NCBI GenBank assembly: GCA_050302475.1 | Contig: JBNLBF010000008.1 | Location: 64,121 to 128,120, forward strand | Direction: 5' to 3' | DNA from: Paracoccaceae bacterium | Lineage (GTDB): Bacteria > Pseudomonadota > Alphaproteobacteria > Rhodobacterales > Rhodobacteraceae | Length of the DNA: 64,000 nt | Shown here: positions 1 through 10,664 of the stretch, in pieces | Layout: every line of letters starts with the position of its first letter | How positions within the stretch are numbered: the first letter of the stretch is position 1 | Notes under the pieces: generated by a model | What the model was told of the DNA's origin: nothing | The model's database searches: none | The model's input: the letters and a program-made list of their open reading frames with translations, nothing else | Position numbers and translations under genes: made by a program

Positions 1-163
1 ACATCGGCGCGTTGCTTGCCAGCGTTGCAGGTGGCGGTGTCGGCGGCGGTGTTCTGGCCGGTGTTATCGGCATGGTCAAGAATATGATGAGTAAAGGCTA
101 AGCCTTAAGCGTAACTTGTAAAACGCGCGGCTCCGGTCGCGCGTTTTTCTACAGGGGGATGAT

Positions 164-412
164 ATGCTCTGGATCGTTGGGATTATTGCAGGGGCAATTG
201 GTGGAAATCTGACGCAGACCTTTTCGAACGGAAAGTTCAGTCTGGGGATGCGGACCAACACAATTATCGGCGTAATCGGAGGACTGTTCGGCACGCTGAT
301 TTCGTTACAGACGCCCAGCATCATTTATGTGCTGTTACAGGGGGTTGTCGCGGGATTCGCCTTCACCGTCGTGGTAAGCTGGGTGAAGAACCGGAACAAG
401 GCGGGTGACTAG
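164..412 (+). CDS. GlsB/YeaQ/YmgE family (transglycosylase-associated) small membrane protein
   Basis: 82 aa, two to three Gly-rich TM segments (GIIAGAIGG, VIGGLFG), typical of the Transgly_assoc family. Confidence 0.65.
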   Translation: MLWIVGIIAGAIGGNLTQTFSNGKFSLGMRTNTIIGVIGGLFGTLISLQTPSIIYVLLQGVVAGFAFTVVVSWVKNRNKAGD

Positions 413-834
413 GTCTTCCGCAACCGGATAACGACATCAACCTTCGCAATCTCGGTTCCCTCAGGTGCCTGTGGCATCTTCGTGAACCGAACCGCATCCG
501 CGGGGGCGTCGGTCAGCGTCGACGTTTCTTCCCAGTAGTAATGCGGATGATCATCAAGGCGCGTGTCAAAATACGAGCCGTGCCCATCGACGGTGACTTC
601 CTGTATCAGGCCAGCCTCGCAAAATGCGCGTAGCGTATTGTAGACAGTTGCGAGCGATACAGATGCCCCGGCATCCTGCGCGGCATCAAACAAGGCTTCG
701 GCTGTCGTGTGTCGATCCTGACCATCCCCCACCAGCAATTCCGCCAGCGCCAACCGTTGACGGGTCGGGCGCAAATCCGCATTGGCCAGCCAGTTTATGG
801 CGCGTTCTATCGGGGTTTTTTCGACTATTTGCAT
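409..834 (-). CDS. irr: Fur-family transcriptional regulator, likely iron response regulator Irr
   Basis: Fur-like winged-helix sequence (RPTRQRLALAELL..HTTAEALF..VSLATVYNTL). Start moved to internal ATG at 834 (MQIVEK). Sits divergent to fabA as irr does in alphaproteobacteria. Confidence 0.7.
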   Translation of the reverse strand: MQIVEKTPIERAINWLANADLRPTRQRLALAELLVGDGQDRHTTAEALFDAAQDAGASVSLATVYNTLRAFCEAGLIQEVTVDGHGSYFDTRLDDHPHYYWEETSTLTDAPADAVRFTKMPQAPEGTEIAKVDVVIRLRKT

Positions 835-978
835 CGCCTTTAACCTTATGATTTCCACTACTATATAACATTTATAATTAACATGACCAGACGCTGGCTG
901 CGCTATTGCGCCACCTTGCATACGGGTGGTAGGAGGAGATAGTTCCTAGAACCCGCAATCGAAGGAGAGTTCCCCCAC

Positions 979-1485
979 ATGACCGACCGCCCGACCAGTT
1001 TTGATTTCGAAGGACTGATGTCCTGCGCACGCGGCGAGATGTTCGGCCCGGGGAACCCGCAGCTCCCGGCTCCGCCCATGCTGATGATGGATCGGATAAC
1101 GGAAATATCCGACGATGGAGGTGAACATGGCAAGGGGCATGTTGTCGCGGAATATGATGTAAATCCAGACCGCTGGTTTTTTGACTGCCATTTTCTGGGC
1201 GATCCGGTGATGCCGGGATGCCTTGGCCTAGATGGACTGTGGCAGCTGACCGGGTTCAATCTCGGCTGGCGCGGCATGACCGGCAAAGGCCGTGCCTTGG
1301 GCGTGGGCGAAGTGAAGCTGCAGGCGATGGTCACGCCGGAAACGAAACGCCTGACGTATTTCGTGGATTTCACACGCGTCATTGACCGCCGCCTAAAAAT
1401 GGGTGTTGCCAACGGGATCGTCAAAGCCGACGATGAAGTTGCGTATATCGTAACCGACATGAAAGTCGGATTGTTCACCGAGTAA
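979..1485 (+). CDS. fabA: 3-hydroxydecanoyl-ACP dehydratase/isomerase FabA
   Basis: 168 aa, hot-dog fold motifs [21 protein letters not shown], full-length similarity to FabA. Confidence 0.95.
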   Translation: MTDRPTSFDFEGLMSCARGEMFGPGNPQLPAPPMLMMDRITEISDDGGEHGKGHVVAEYDVNPDRWFFDCHFLGDPVMPGCLGLDGLWQLTGFNLGWRGMTGKGRALGVGEVKLQAMVTPETKRLTYFVDFTRVIDRRLKMGVANGIVKADDEVAYIVTDMKVGLFTE

Positions 1486-1503
1486 CGCCGGAAAGGAAAT
1501 TGA

Positions 1504-2730
1504 ATGCGTCGTGTAGTTGTCACGGGACTGGGAATTATCTCCTCCATCGGGGTCAATGCCACTGAGGTGACGGAGTCCTTGCAACAAGGAAAATCCGGTA
1601 TCAGTTTCTGCCCGGACTATGCTGAACACGGGTTCCGCAGTCAGGTCTATGGCGACATCAATATCGATCCGGCTGAACATATCGACAAGCGCGTGTTGCG
1701 GTTTATGGGCGACGGCGCTGCATATGCCTATCTGGCGATGGAACAGGCGATTGCGGATGCCGGTCTGGGTGAAAGTGACGTGGTCAATCCGCGCACCGGC
1801 ATCATTGCCGGATCAGGCGGACCCTCCACACGGGCCCTGTTCAATGCGCATCAGACGGTACTGGAAAAAGGCGCACCGAAACGGATCGGACCGTTTGCGG
1901 TGCCGAAATGTATGTCATCCACGATCAGCGCCAACCTGTCGACCGCGTATAAGATCAAGGGTGTGAATTATTCGATTACCTCGGCCTGTTCGACCTCGCT
2001 GCATTGTATCGGCAATGCGGTGGAGCAAATCCAGTTTGGCAAGCAGGACGTGATGTTTGCCGGCGGTGGCGAGGAGCTGGACTGGACTCTGTCCTGCCTG
2101 TTCGATGCCATGGGGGCGATGTCGTCCAAATATAACGATACGCCCGAGCGCGCCAGCCGCGCCTACGACGCGGATCGCGATGGTTTCGTGATTTCCGGCG
2201 GCGGCGGGATCGTCGTGCTGGAGGAACTGGAACATGCCAAAGCCCGCGGCGCAAAGATTTATGCCGAGGTGACAGGCTACGGCGCGACGTCCGACGGTCA
2301 CGACATGGTGGCCCCGTCCGGTGAGGGCGGCGAACGCGCGATGCGTCTGGCGCTGGAAACCGTCAAAGACCGCAAGATCAGCTATATCAATGCGCACGGG
2401 ACCTCGACCCCTGTCGGTGATGTGGGCGAGATTGAAGCCACACGTCGCATTTTTGGCACCGGTAGCACGCCGCCTGTCAGCTCGACCAAGTCGATGACTG
2501 GCCACGCGCAGGGCGCAACCGGCGCGTTGGAGGCAATCTTCTGCCTGTTGATGCTGGACAAGGATTTTATTACCCCCTCGATCAATGTCGAAACGCTCGA
2601 TCCTGCCCTTAACCCGGGTGAAATCGCGACCGAGCGTGTGGACAATGCCGGGCTGGACACGGTTTTGACCAACAGCTTCGGTTTCGGGGGCACAAACGCA
2701 ACATTGGCATTGAGCAAATATTATGGCTGA
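1504..2730 (+). CDS. fabB: beta-ketoacyl-ACP synthase I FabB
   Basis: 408 aa, KAS active-site Cys (SACSTS), HGTSTPVGD and GHAQGATG motifs. Immediately downstream of fabA. Confidence 0.95.
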   Translation: MRRVVVTGLGIISSIGVNATEVTESLQQGKSGISFCPDYAEHGFRSQVYGDINIDPAEHIDKRVLRFMGDGAAYAYLAMEQAIADAGLGESDVVNPRTGIIAGSGGPSTRALFNAHQTVLEKGAPKRIGPFAVPKCMSSTISANLSTAYKIKGVNYSITSACSTSLHCIGNAVEQIQFGKQDVMFAGGGEELDWTLSCLFDAMGAMSSKYNDTPERASRAYDADRDGFVISGGGGIVVLEELEHAKARGAKIYAEVTGYGATSDGHDMVAPSGEGGERAMRLALETVKDRKISYINAHGTSTPVGDVGEIEATRRIFGTGSTPPVSSTKSMTGHAQGATGALEAIFCLLMLDKDFITPSINVETLDPALNPGEIATERVDNAGLDTVLTNSFGFGGTNATLALSKYYG

Positions 2731-3511
2731 ATTGATGACCGGTAAACGCGGCCTGATTATGGGCGTTGCGAATGATCACTCCATCGCGTGGGGCATTGCG
2801 AAAGCCTGCGCTGATGAGGGTGCGGAGCTGGCCTTCACCTATCAGGGGGAGGCTTTCGGCAAGCGCGTGGAACCGCTGGCCGCAAGCGTTGGCTCGGACT
2901 TGTTGCTGGAGGCCGACGTGCAGGACGAGGCATCGCTGGATGCCGTGTTCGATGCGATCAAGGCCAAATGGGGTGGACTGGATTTTCTGGTTCATGGCAT
3001 CGCCTATTCCGACAAATCCGAGCTTGCCGGGCAGTTCCTGAACACGACCAAGGCGAATTTCCTCAATACGATGGATATCTCCTGCTATTCGCTGGTCGAA
3101 GTTACGCGTCGCGCTGTGCCGCTGATGGCGGATGGTGGCGCGATCACCACGCTGACCTATATGGGCAGCCAACGCGTGCAGCCGAATTACAACGTGATGG
3201 GCGTGGCGAAGGCCGCACTGGAAAGCACCGTGCGCTATCTGGCGAATGACCTTGGCCCGCAGGGTATCCGCGTCAACGCCGTCAGCCCCGGCCCGATGAA
3301 AACGCTGGCAGGATCCGCGATTGGCGGCGCGCGCAAAGTATTCCGCGCAATCGAGGAAAACTCCCCCATGCGTCAGAACGCGACACTGGAAAGTGTCGGG
3401 GGCACCGCGATGTATCTGATGTCGGACCTCGGGGCCCATACAACGGGCGAGATTATTCGCGTCGATGGCGGTTACCACATCATGGGTATGATGCAGCCGG
3501 AAAATCTGTGA
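2723..3511 (+). CDS. fabI: enoyl-ACP reductase (NADH) FabI
   Basis: 262 aa [25 protein letters not shown] Rossmann motif, Y..K catalytic region. Overlaps fabB stop (alternative ATG at 2735 possible). Confidence 0.9.
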   Translation: MAELMTGKRGLIMGVANDHSIAWGIAKACADEGAELAFTYQGEAFGKRVEPLAASVGSDLLLEADVQDEASLDAVFDAIKAKWGGLDFLVHGIAYSDKSELAGQFLNTTKANFLNTMDISCYSLVEVTRRAVPLMADGGAITTLTYMGSQRVQPNYNVMGVAKAALESTVRYLANDLGPQGIRVNAVSPGPMKTLAGSAIGGARKVFRAIEENSPMRQNATLESVGGTAMYLMSDLGAHTTGEIIRVDGGYHIMGMMQPENL

Positions 3512-3891
3512 TCAGCTATGTAACGCTCGGCAGCAACGATCTGGAAAAAACCGGAGCGTTCTATGATGCGGCCCTCGCGCCCCTCGGCGCGAAACGCGAT
3601 TTTGCCATGGACGGCCTGATCGTCTGGAGCACCGGCGACGGTCCCTCGCTGTCACTAATGTCCCCTTATGACGGCAATGCGGCTTCGGTGGGCAACGGCA
3701 CGATGGTCGCCTTTACCGCGCCAAGCCGGGCTGCCGTCGATGCAGCATATGCTGCCGCCCTTGCTGCAGGTGGCCGTGACGAGGGTCCACCCGGCCCGCG
3801 TGGCCGCACCGGCTATTACGGTTATGTGCGTGACCCCGACGGCAACAAAGTGACATTCTTTTGCCCGTCATCAAGCGGCGAAATGATTTAA
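3508..3891 (+). CDS. VOC (glyoxalase/bleomycin-resistance fold) family protein
   Basis: 127 aa, glyoxalase-like beta-alpha-beta pattern (YVTLGSNDLEKTGAFYDAAL ... GYYGYVRDPDGNKV). 4-nt overlap with fabI. Confidence 0.65.
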   Translation: MISYVTLGSNDLEKTGAFYDAALAPLGAKRDFAMDGLIVWSTGDGPSLSLMSPYDGNAASVGNGTMVAFTAPSRAAVDAAYAAALAAGGRDEGPPGPRGRTGYYGYVRDPDGNKVTFFCPSSSGEMI

Positions 3892-3960
3892 GAGATTGAC
3901 CATGTCTTCAGGATCATGAAACAGAAGAAAACCGATAAATAAATTTTCCTGGTAGTAGAT

Positions 3961-4740
3961 TTGACCGAAGAAATCCTCACCGCATTGGTCGGCATTCTGA
4001 CATTCCTCGTCCTTCGGGGCGGCTGGCGTCGTAGGGCGCGAACAATGAATCTTAATGCCCCGGGTGACGCGCTGATCCTTGGCGGGCTCGCGGTTGCGGC
4101 GGCGATGTATTTCTGGGGCGTCATGGGCGGACTGGCGCTGATCGTCACGGTGATGGTGCATGAATATGGCCATGTCGCGGCTTACCGGGTCGCCGGCCAT
4201 CAGGATGCCACCTTCCGCCTGATCCCCTTGTTTGGTGGCGTGGCGATTTCCAAGACCCAGCCGAAATCGGATCTGGCGGACTTTTATATCACCGTGATGG
4301 GACCGGGCATCTGCCTGATCCTGATGACGGCGAGTTATCTGGCGATAGAATATCTGTTCCCAGTGTCCTCGATCGCCACCAGTTTTGCCTTTTTCGTCGG
4401 TGCGGTTGCAGGGATGCTGAACTTCCTGAACCTCCTACCGCTCTATCCGCTTGACGGCGGGCGCATCATGCGGGTCCTGACGCAGTCCTTTTCCCCGAAA
4501 CTCGCCTATTACGTTACCATCGGCATGTGCCTGCTTTTGATCGCCTATGCGCTGTTGGAACGGCGGTTCCTGATCGCAATTTTTGCCATCTGGGCGTTGC
4601 AGGGCGCGATGAACATGCCGCAATTCAGGACCCGCAAGGGTCTGACACTTGGACAAACCATCATGGCGGCTATCGTCTGGTTCGCGATGTTGGCAGCGTT
4701 CTTTCTGGGCGGACGACCGTTCCTGACTGGGTTCTTTTAG
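3961..4740 (+). CDS. site-2 protease (peptidase M50) family membrane protein
   Basis: 259 aa polytopic membrane protein with HEYGH zinc motif inside a TM segment. TTG start per ORF track. Confidence 0.55.
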   Translation: MTEEILTALVGILTFLVLRGGWRRRARTMNLNAPGDALILGGLAVAAAMYFWGVMGGLALIVTVMVHEYGHVAAYRVAGHQDATFRLIPLFGGVAISKTQPKSDLADFYITVMGPGICLILMTASYLAIEYLFPVSSIATSFAFFVGAVAGMLNFLNLLPLYPLDGGRIMRVLTQSFSPKLAYYVTIGMCLLLIAYALLERRFLIAIFAIWALQGAMNMPQFRTRKGLTLGQTIMAAIVWFAMLAAFFLGGRPFLTGFF

Positions 4741-4791
4741 GCATTTTCCTTCGCCCAAACCTGTGCCAGTCTCCGTGCGAACGGAGAGGCC

Positions 4792-5478
4792 ATGATCACC
4801 ACCTGCATATTCGATGCTTACGGAACGCTGCTGGACGTCGCGGACGCCGCACGGCGATTGGCGGGTGAACCCGGGCAGTCAGATTTAGCCGCGAAATGGC
4901 CGCAACTGGCTGAGGGTTGGCGCCGAAAACAGCTGGAATATAGCTGGTTGCGCGCGGTTGCCGGGACGCATGTTGATTTCTGGCAGGTCACGCAGGATGG
5001 TCTCGATTACGCATTGGAGGCCGCTGGTCTGGATGATCCGGAGCTGCGCGAACGCCTGCTGGCACTCTACTGGGAACTCGGCGCTTATGCCGAAGTCCCC
5101 ACCATGCTGACCGCCCTGAAAAGCGCCGGATATGCCACCGGTATCCTGTCAAATGGCTCACCGGCGATGCTGGACGGGGCTGTGCAATCCGCCGGGATTG
5201 CGCCCTTGCTGGACGCGGTTTTGTCGGTCGAGGCGGTTGGCGTGTTCAAACCCCATCCCTCGGTCTATGACCTTGTCGGCAAGCGGTTCGACACCACGCC
5301 CGATCAGGTCCTGTTCGTGTCCTCGAACGGCTGGGACGCGGCGCATGGCGCGGCCTACGGGTTCCAGACGGTTTGGGTCAACCGTGCCGGCTTGCCGATG
5401 GATCGTTTGCCGGGTAAGCCGCAAATCGTGATTCCCGACCTGACCACCATCCCCGACCTTGTCCGGAGACTTCCATGA
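4792..5478 (+). CDS. haloacid dehalogenase type II (HAD superfamily)
   Basis: 228 aa. N-terminal DAYGTL HAD motif I, SNG and K..D.. downstream motifs. Resembles 2-haloacid dehalogenases. Confidence 0.8.
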   Translation: MITTCIFDAYGTLLDVADAARRLAGEPGQSDLAAKWPQLAEGWRRKQLEYSWLRAVAGTHVDFWQVTQDGLDYALEAAGLDDPELRERLLALYWELGAYAEVPTMLTALKSAGYATGILSNGSPAMLDGAVQSAGIAPLLDAVLSVEAVGVFKPHPSVYDLVGKRFDTTPDQVLFVSSNGWDAAHGAAYGFQTVWVNRAGLPMDRLPGKPQIVIPDLTTIPDLVRRLP

Positions 5479-6443
5479 ATATCGACATGATCCGCGCCGC
5501 CAATGACCGTCTGGCCCCTGTTGTGCGGCGCACACCGCTATTGTCCTCCCCGTTCATTGACGAGATTGCCGGGCGGCGTGTCTTCGTCAAAGCCGAGTGT
5601 CTACAGCATACCGGCAGCTTCAAATTCCGCGGCGGCTGGGCGGCCCTATCCGCGATGGATGAAGACCAGCGCAAACGGGGTGTCCTCGCCTTTTCGTCCG
5701 GCAACCATGCGCAAGGTGTGGCCTATGCTGCCGCGCGCCACGGAGCGCCGGCGGTCATTGTCATGCCGTCAGACGCGCCGAAGCTAAAGATCGCCAACAC
5801 CAAGGCCTTGGGGGCGGAGGTTGTGCTCTATGATCGCGCTGCCGAAAGCCGGGAGGAAATCGGGCAGGCGCTGGCGACGGAGCGGGGCCTGACACTGGTG
5901 CGCCCTTACGATGAGCCGCAAGTGATCGCCGGGCAGGGGACATGCGGGTTGGAGATTGCCGAACAAGCCGCGGCCGAGGGGATCGAAAACGCTGATGTTC
6001 TGGTGTGCTGTGGGGGTGGCGGGTTAACGTCGGGCATCGCGCTGGCACTCGCTGCCGATGCGCCAACCTTACGGGCCCGGCCTGTGGAACCGGCGGGGTT
6101 CGATGATGTGAAACGCTCGCTGGATGCGGGGGCTATCCAGACCAACCCTTCGACCACCGGCTCGCTATGTGATGCGATCATCACGCCTGCGCCCGGCGAC
6201 ATCACCTTCCCGATCCTGCAAAGCCATTGCGGTCCGGGGTTGGTGATCACGGATGAGGAGGCGTTGAAAGCCGTCGCCCACGCTTTCCAGCGTCTGAAAA
6301 TCGTCGTGGAACCCGGCGGCGCGGCGGCATTGGCGGCTGCGCTGTTCCGCAAGGATGAGATCGAGGGCGACACGGTGATCGTTGTCGCCACCGGCGGCAA
6401 TGTGGATGCCGATATCTTCAAACAAGCCTTGGACACGCTATGA
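5475..6443 (+). CDS. PLP-dependent threonine/serine dehydratase (threonine ammonia-lyase/serine racemase-like)
   Basis: 322 aa. PLP-lysine motif SFKFRGG, SSGNHAQGVA, glycine loop GGGGL. Confidence 0.8.
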   Translation: MNIDMIRAANDRLAPVVRRTPLLSSPFIDEIAGRRVFVKAECLQHTGSFKFRGGWAALSAMDEDQRKRGVLAFSSGNHAQGVAYAAARHGAPAVIVMPSDAPKLKIANTKALGAEVVLYDRAAESREEIGQALATERGLTLVRPYDEPQVIAGQGTCGLEIAEQAAAEGIENADVLVCCGGGGLTSGIALALAADAPTLRARPVEPAGFDDVKRSLDAGAIQTNPSTTGSLCDAIITPAPGDITFPILQSHCGPGLVITDEEALKAVAHAFQRLKIVVEPGGAAALAAALFRKDEIEGDTVIVVATGGNVDADIFKQALDTL

Positions 6444-7510
6444 CCCATTCCGATATTCTGATCATCGGCGGCGGGATTGCTGGCGGTTCGCTGGCCGCAA
6501 AAATCGCCCCCCATCGCAGCGTCACGCTGCTGGAGGCAGAGGCCCATGTCGCCTATCACTCCACCGGACGTTCTGCCGCCATGTGGGAACCGTTTTACGG
6601 CCTCGACATTATCCGCCAGCTTTGCCTTGCCAGCGAGGCGGAGCTGATACGCCGTGACGTCCTTAGCCCGCGCGGTGTGCTCTATCTGCAGGAACCGGAT
6701 CAGCCGCGTGACACGTTCAACGAAATCCTCGCCCAGCCGGGTGCGCAGCGCCTTAGCGTGGCGGAGGCACAGGACCTGATGCCCATCCTGCGTGATGATG
6801 TGTTTACCGAGGCGGCTTTTGGCGAAAAAGCCCAAGATATCGACGTCGATAAACTGTTGCAAAGCTTCCTGCGCGACGCCCGCGCCGCCGGGGCAAACCA
6901 GATCACCAACGCCCGCGTCACCGCCATCCGGCGCGATGGGCATTGGATCGTCGAAACCACGGCGGGAAGTTTTACCGCCGATATCATCGTCAACGCCGCC
7001 GGCGCATGGGCGGACCATGTGGCCCGGATGGCGGGGATCAATCCGATTGGCATCCAGCCGCTCCGTCGGTCCATGGCACGTATCCCCGCGCCGGGCGGTC
7101 ACGATGTCAGCACGTGGCCAATGTGCGTCAGCGCGGCGGAGGATTGGTATTCCAAACCCGATGCGGGCAAATTACTCGTTTCTCCGATGGACGAGGGTCC
7201 GGTCGAGCCAATGGACGCCTGGCCCGAGGATATGGTCCTCGCCGAAGGGCTGGCGCGCTACGAGGCCTTCGTGACCGAACCCGTCACCCGCGTTGAACAT
7301 AGCTGGGCCGGGTTGCGCAGCTTCCCGCCTGACCGCACGCCGGTGATTGGCTTTGGTGGCGACGGCTATTTCTGGTGCGCCGGGCAGGGCGGGTACGGGA
7401 TCGAAACCTCTTGTGCGTTATCTGATCTAGGCGCGGCTTTGTTGCGGGACGAACCCCCGACGCTCGACCCCGCCATCGTCGCCGGCCTGTCACCTACACG
7501 GTTCGCATGA
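6440..7510 (+). CDS. FAD-dependent oxidoreductase (DAO family)
   Basis: 356 aa, N-terminal ILIIGGGIAGGSLA dinucleotide-binding motif. Overlaps neighbours by 4 nt (operon). Confidence 0.75.
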   Translation: MTHSDILIIGGGIAGGSLAAKIAPHRSVTLLEAEAHVAYHSTGRSAAMWEPFYGLDIIRQLCLASEAELIRRDVLSPRGVLYLQEPDQPRDTFNEILAQPGAQRLSVAEAQDLMPILRDDVFTEAAFGEKAQDIDVDKLLQSFLRDARAAGANQITNARVTAIRRDGHWIVETTAGSFTADIIVNAAGAWADHVARMAGINPIGIQPLRRSMARIPAPGGHDVSTWPMCVSAAEDWYSKPDAGKLLVSPMDEGPVEPMDAWPEDMVLAEGLARYEAFVTEPVTRVEHSWAGLRSFPPDRTPVIGFGGDGYFWCAGQGGYGIETSCALSDLGAALLRDEPPTLDPAIVAGLSPTRFA

Positions 7511-8664
7511 TCGACGCCCTGATCATCGGTGCCGGACCCGCTGGTCTGATGGCGGCGGAGGCGTTGAATTCTGCCGGGGTGCGCCCGGTGATTGCCGAGG
7601 CAAAACCCTCCGTCGGGCGCAAGTTGCTAATGGCGGGAAAGTCTGGATTGAACCTGACCAAGGATGAACCGTTCGACACCTTCCTGACCGCCTATGGCGA
7701 GACCGCCGACTGGCTGGCCCCGATGCTGCGGGCCTTTGGCCCGGAACAGGTTCAGGACTGGGCGAAAGGGTTGGGGCAGGAGGTGTTTACCGGCTCGTCC
7801 GGGCGGGTATTTCCGAAAACCATGAAAGCCTCCCCGCTGCTACGTGCATGGCTACGTCGCCTTGATGTCGATGTCCGCACCCGCTGGCGCTGGACGGGCT
7901 GGGATGGGGAGGGGATAACGTTTGACACGCCTGATGGAATACAAACTCTGCACCCCAAAGTGACGATCCTTGCGCTGGGCGGGGCCAGCTGGTCCCGGCT
8001 GGGATCGGACGGAAAATGGGCTGGGTATCTGGAGATTGCTCCGTTCCAACCCGCCAATATGGGGTTTCGCCGCGACTGGTCGGACCATATGGCCCGACAT
8101 TTCGGCGCGCCGGTTAAGCCGGTGCGATTGATGGTTGGTGATCAGGTTGTTGATGGCGAGTTCGTGGTGACAGAAAAAGGCGTCGAGGGCAGTGCAATAT
8201 ACGCCGTGTCCCGGGCTTTGCGTGACGGTGGGGCACTGGTTCTGGACCTGTTGCCGGGGCTGACCGAGGCGGAGGTTGCGAAACGTCTGGCCAAACCGCG
8301 CGGCAAGGCGAGCCTGTCAAACCATATGCGCAAGGCGCTGGGGCTGACGGGCGTCAAAGCCGCGTTGCTGCGCGAAGCCGGACCGCTGCCCGAAAGTGCG
8401 GAGGCACTGGCCGCAAGGATCAAGAACCTGCCGCTGGCGCTGGACGGTCCTGCGCCGCTCGACGAGGCGATTTCGACCGCCGGAGGGATCAGGCAGTCCG
8501 CGCTGACCAGTGATCTGATGCTGATCGATCGACCGGGCGTTTTCTGCGCTGGCGAGATGTTGGATTGGGAAGCGCCGACGGGAGGGTATCTGCTGACCGG
8601 ATGTCTGGCGACGGGCCGATGGGCCGGGCTGGCGGCGGCGGACTATTTGCGGGGATCAGGATGA
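7507..8664 (+). CDS. HI0933/BaiN-like flavoprotein (TIGR03862 family)
   Basis: 385 aa, LIIGAGPAGLMAA FAD motif, GRKLLMAGKSGLNLT typical of the HI0933 family. Confidence 0.75.
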   Translation: MIDALIIGAGPAGLMAAEALNSAGVRPVIAEAKPSVGRKLLMAGKSGLNLTKDEPFDTFLTAYGETADWLAPMLRAFGPEQVQDWAKGLGQEVFTGSSGRVFPKTMKASPLLRAWLRRLDVDVRTRWRWTGWDGEGITFDTPDGIQTLHPKVTILALGGASWSRLGSDGKWAGYLEIAPFQPANMGFRRDWSDHMARHFGAPVKPVRLMVGDQVVDGEFVVTEKGVEGSAIYAVSRALRDGGALVLDLLPGLTEAEVAKRLAKPRGKASLSNHMRKALGLTGVKAALLREAGPLPESAEALAARIKNLPLALDGPAPLDEAISTAGGIRQSALTSDLMLIDRPGVFCAGEMLDWEAPTGGYLLTGCLATGRWAGLAAADYLRGSG

Positions 8665-8692
8665 CGGGTGAAGATCACCCGTCGGACAAATC

Positions 8693-9511
8693 TTATCGCC
8701 CGCTCAGTTTCGCGTGAACTTCGTCCAGATCAACCTCTGACATGGCGACTTTTTTCGATGGGTCCAGATCGTATTTGAACAGTTCGAAATCGCGATGGTA
8801 AATCTCGTAAACCAGATGCATCGCCAGATCGTCGAAATAATCCTCCACCGGGAAGGCGCGTTTCGGCCCGTGCCCTTCGCTTTCATTGAAGCGCGGCAAT
8901 GTTTTCAGATCGACCGGATTTTTCTGCTCCGTCTCGTCCAGAACCTTCGCCATCCCGTCATTGAATTCTTCGGTTGTGATGATCCGGTTGAACCGACCGC
9001 CATTGGCGATGAAGGTCGAGATGTGGCCCGACATTGCCGACCAGTGAATGTCCGGATCCATCGGCTTGCGGTATTTGATCGTGTCCCGCGCGAATAACAG
9101 GAACCGGCGGAACGAGGCGATCTGGTCGAAATCGCCCTCAACCTCGATCCCGTATTTGCGGATCAGCATGGGCACAAGGTTACCGCGATAGCGTTTGCCG
9201 TTGCGCTGGATGCCGGCAATCTTGTCGAAGAAGGCCGATAGAATGCGGGTATAGGGGTTGCGCACACAGGTGAAGGCGTAAATCTCCTGCGCGCGAACGC
9301 GCTTTGTGATCAGCTCTTTACTGGCGTCGATACCCCATTTGTGCATCCCGGAATTGGCGTCATGGATGTCGCCATCGAAAAACTCGCCATGGTCGGCATA
9401 GAACATGATCTGGCCGATGGTCGAACATGCGCATTTAGGAACGACGCGATACAGCATCGTTTCACTTTCGGTCATCCATGTACCCGGAAACGCCATACAA
9501 TTCTCCAACAA
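8693..9511 (-). CDS. sulfotransferase family 2 protein
   Basis: 5'-PSB-like VPKCACST and 3'-PB-like RNPYTRILSAF motifs. Noticeably lower GC than flanks. True start may be an internal Met (MLYRVVPK). Confidence 0.55.
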   Translation of the reverse strand: MLENCMAFPGTWMTESETMLYRVVPKCACSTIGQIMFYADHGEFFDGDIHDANSGMHKWGIDASKELITKRVRAQEIYAFTCVRNPYTRILSAFFDKIAGIQRNGKRYRGNLVPMLIRKYGIEVEGDFDQIASFRRFLLFARDTIKYRKPMDPDIHWSAMSGHISTFIANGGRFNRIITTEEFNDGMAKVLDETEQKNPVDLKTLPRFNESEGHGPKRAFPVEDYFDDLAMHLVYEIYHRDFELFKYDLDPSKKVAMSEVDLDEVHAKLSGR

Positions 9512-9631
9512 ATCCCCGCGTTTCTATCGTGACGCAATGTGCGGGGCAAGACTTGTTGCCATTCGTATTTGAATGTTTGTGATAAACTGCCTATCTGGGC
9601 AGAGTTACGAAACCACTAAGGACCGGAAAAA

Positions 9632-10612
9632 ATGACGACAGCCGCGAGAATTGCCTGGGATGATACGATATTGCCGTTTCAGCTGGATAAAGCGGATGTT
9701 CGCGGACGAGTTGCGCGCCTCGACGGGGTTTTGCAGGAAATCCTGCGACAGCATAATTACCCGCCGGTGGTAGAGGCACTGGTCGCCGAGGCTGCGCTGT
9801 TAACGGCGATGATCGGTCAGACGATCAAGCTGAAATGGCGGCTATCACTGCAAATCCGTGGCGACGGACCCGTGCGCCTGATCGCAACGGATTATTACGC
9901 CCCCGGTAAAAAAGGTGAGACGGCGCAGGTTCGCGCCTATGCCAGCTATGATGCGGACAGGCTGGACGCGGATGGCGCGGCTTTTCCGCAGCTGGGCAAA
10001 GGCATGTTTGCGATCCTGATCGATCAGGGGGACGGCAAGCAGCCCTATTCCGGGATTACGCCACTGGCGGGCGGTTCACTGGCGAGTTGCGCGGAAACCT
10101 ATTTTGCGCAGTCTGAACAGCTGCCCACCCGGTTCGCGATGGCACTGGCCGAAGCAACGGAACCCGGGCGCGCGCCAGAATGGCGCGGCGGGGCGGTGAT
10201 GTTGCAGCATATGCCCAAAGCCTCGCCTTTCGCAGCGGGCGAGGGGACGGGCGAGGGCGGTCTGCTGACACCAAATGATTTGCTGGACGGCGATGACGCC
10301 GAAAACTGGAACCGCGCCACGATCCTGCTGGAAAGCGTGGAACTGACAGAGCTGATCGGTCCGCATGTGTCCCCCGATGAACTGCTGGTGCGGCTGTTCC
10401 ACGAAGATCAGCCACGGATATTTGACGCCCAGCCGGTGCGGTTTGGCTGCACCTGCGGAGAGGACAAGGTGAAACAGGCGATGTCGATTTATTCCGCCAA
10501 GGATATCGGCCATATGACAACCGAGGACGGCAAGGTCACAGCCGATTGCCAATTCTGCGGGGCGCATTATGAATTCGATCCGGCGGAACTGGGGTTTGAG
10601 GCGACGAAATAA
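9632..10612 (+). CDS. hslO: redox-regulated chaperone Hsp33
   Basis: 326 aa. C-terminal zinc centre CTCGEDKV...CQFCG. Confidence 0.9.
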   Translation: MTTAARIAWDDTILPFQLDKADVRGRVARLDGVLQEILRQHNYPPVVEALVAEAALLTAMIGQTIKLKWRLSLQIRGDGPVRLIATDYYAPGKKGETAQVRAYASYDADRLDADGAAFPQLGKGMFAILIDQGDGKQPYSGITPLAGGSLASCAETYFAQSEQLPTRFAMALAEATEPGRAPEWRGGAVMLQHMPKASPFAAGEGTGEGGLLTPNDLLDGDDAENWNRATILLESVELTELIGPHVSPDELLVRLFHEDQPRIFDAQPVRFGCTCGEDKVKQAMSIYSAKDIGHMTTEDGKVTADCQFCGAHYEFDPAELGFEATK

Positions 10613-10643
10613 AAAAAGGCGCGGGGTTCACCGCGCCTTTTCT
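10611..10643 (+). terminator. intrinsic terminator after hslO (bidirectional: A-run upstream, T-run downstream)
   Basis: aaaaaaaGGCGCGGggttcaCCGCGCCttttct between convergent genes. Confidence 0.6.
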
Positions 10644-10664
10644 GATTGTCTTTATGAGAGCGGC

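Noticed and set aside
835-978. Possible Irr/Fur box in the irr-fabA divergent promoter region (TTC-cta-GAA around 943-955)
   Set aside because: It does not match the TTTAGAA-N3-TTCTAAA iron-control-element consensus well enough. It is only a short TTC/GAA inverted repeat.
5906-7102. 398-aa minus-strand ORF
   Set aside because: Antisense to the threonine dehydratase and FAD oxidoreductase genes. No domain signal.
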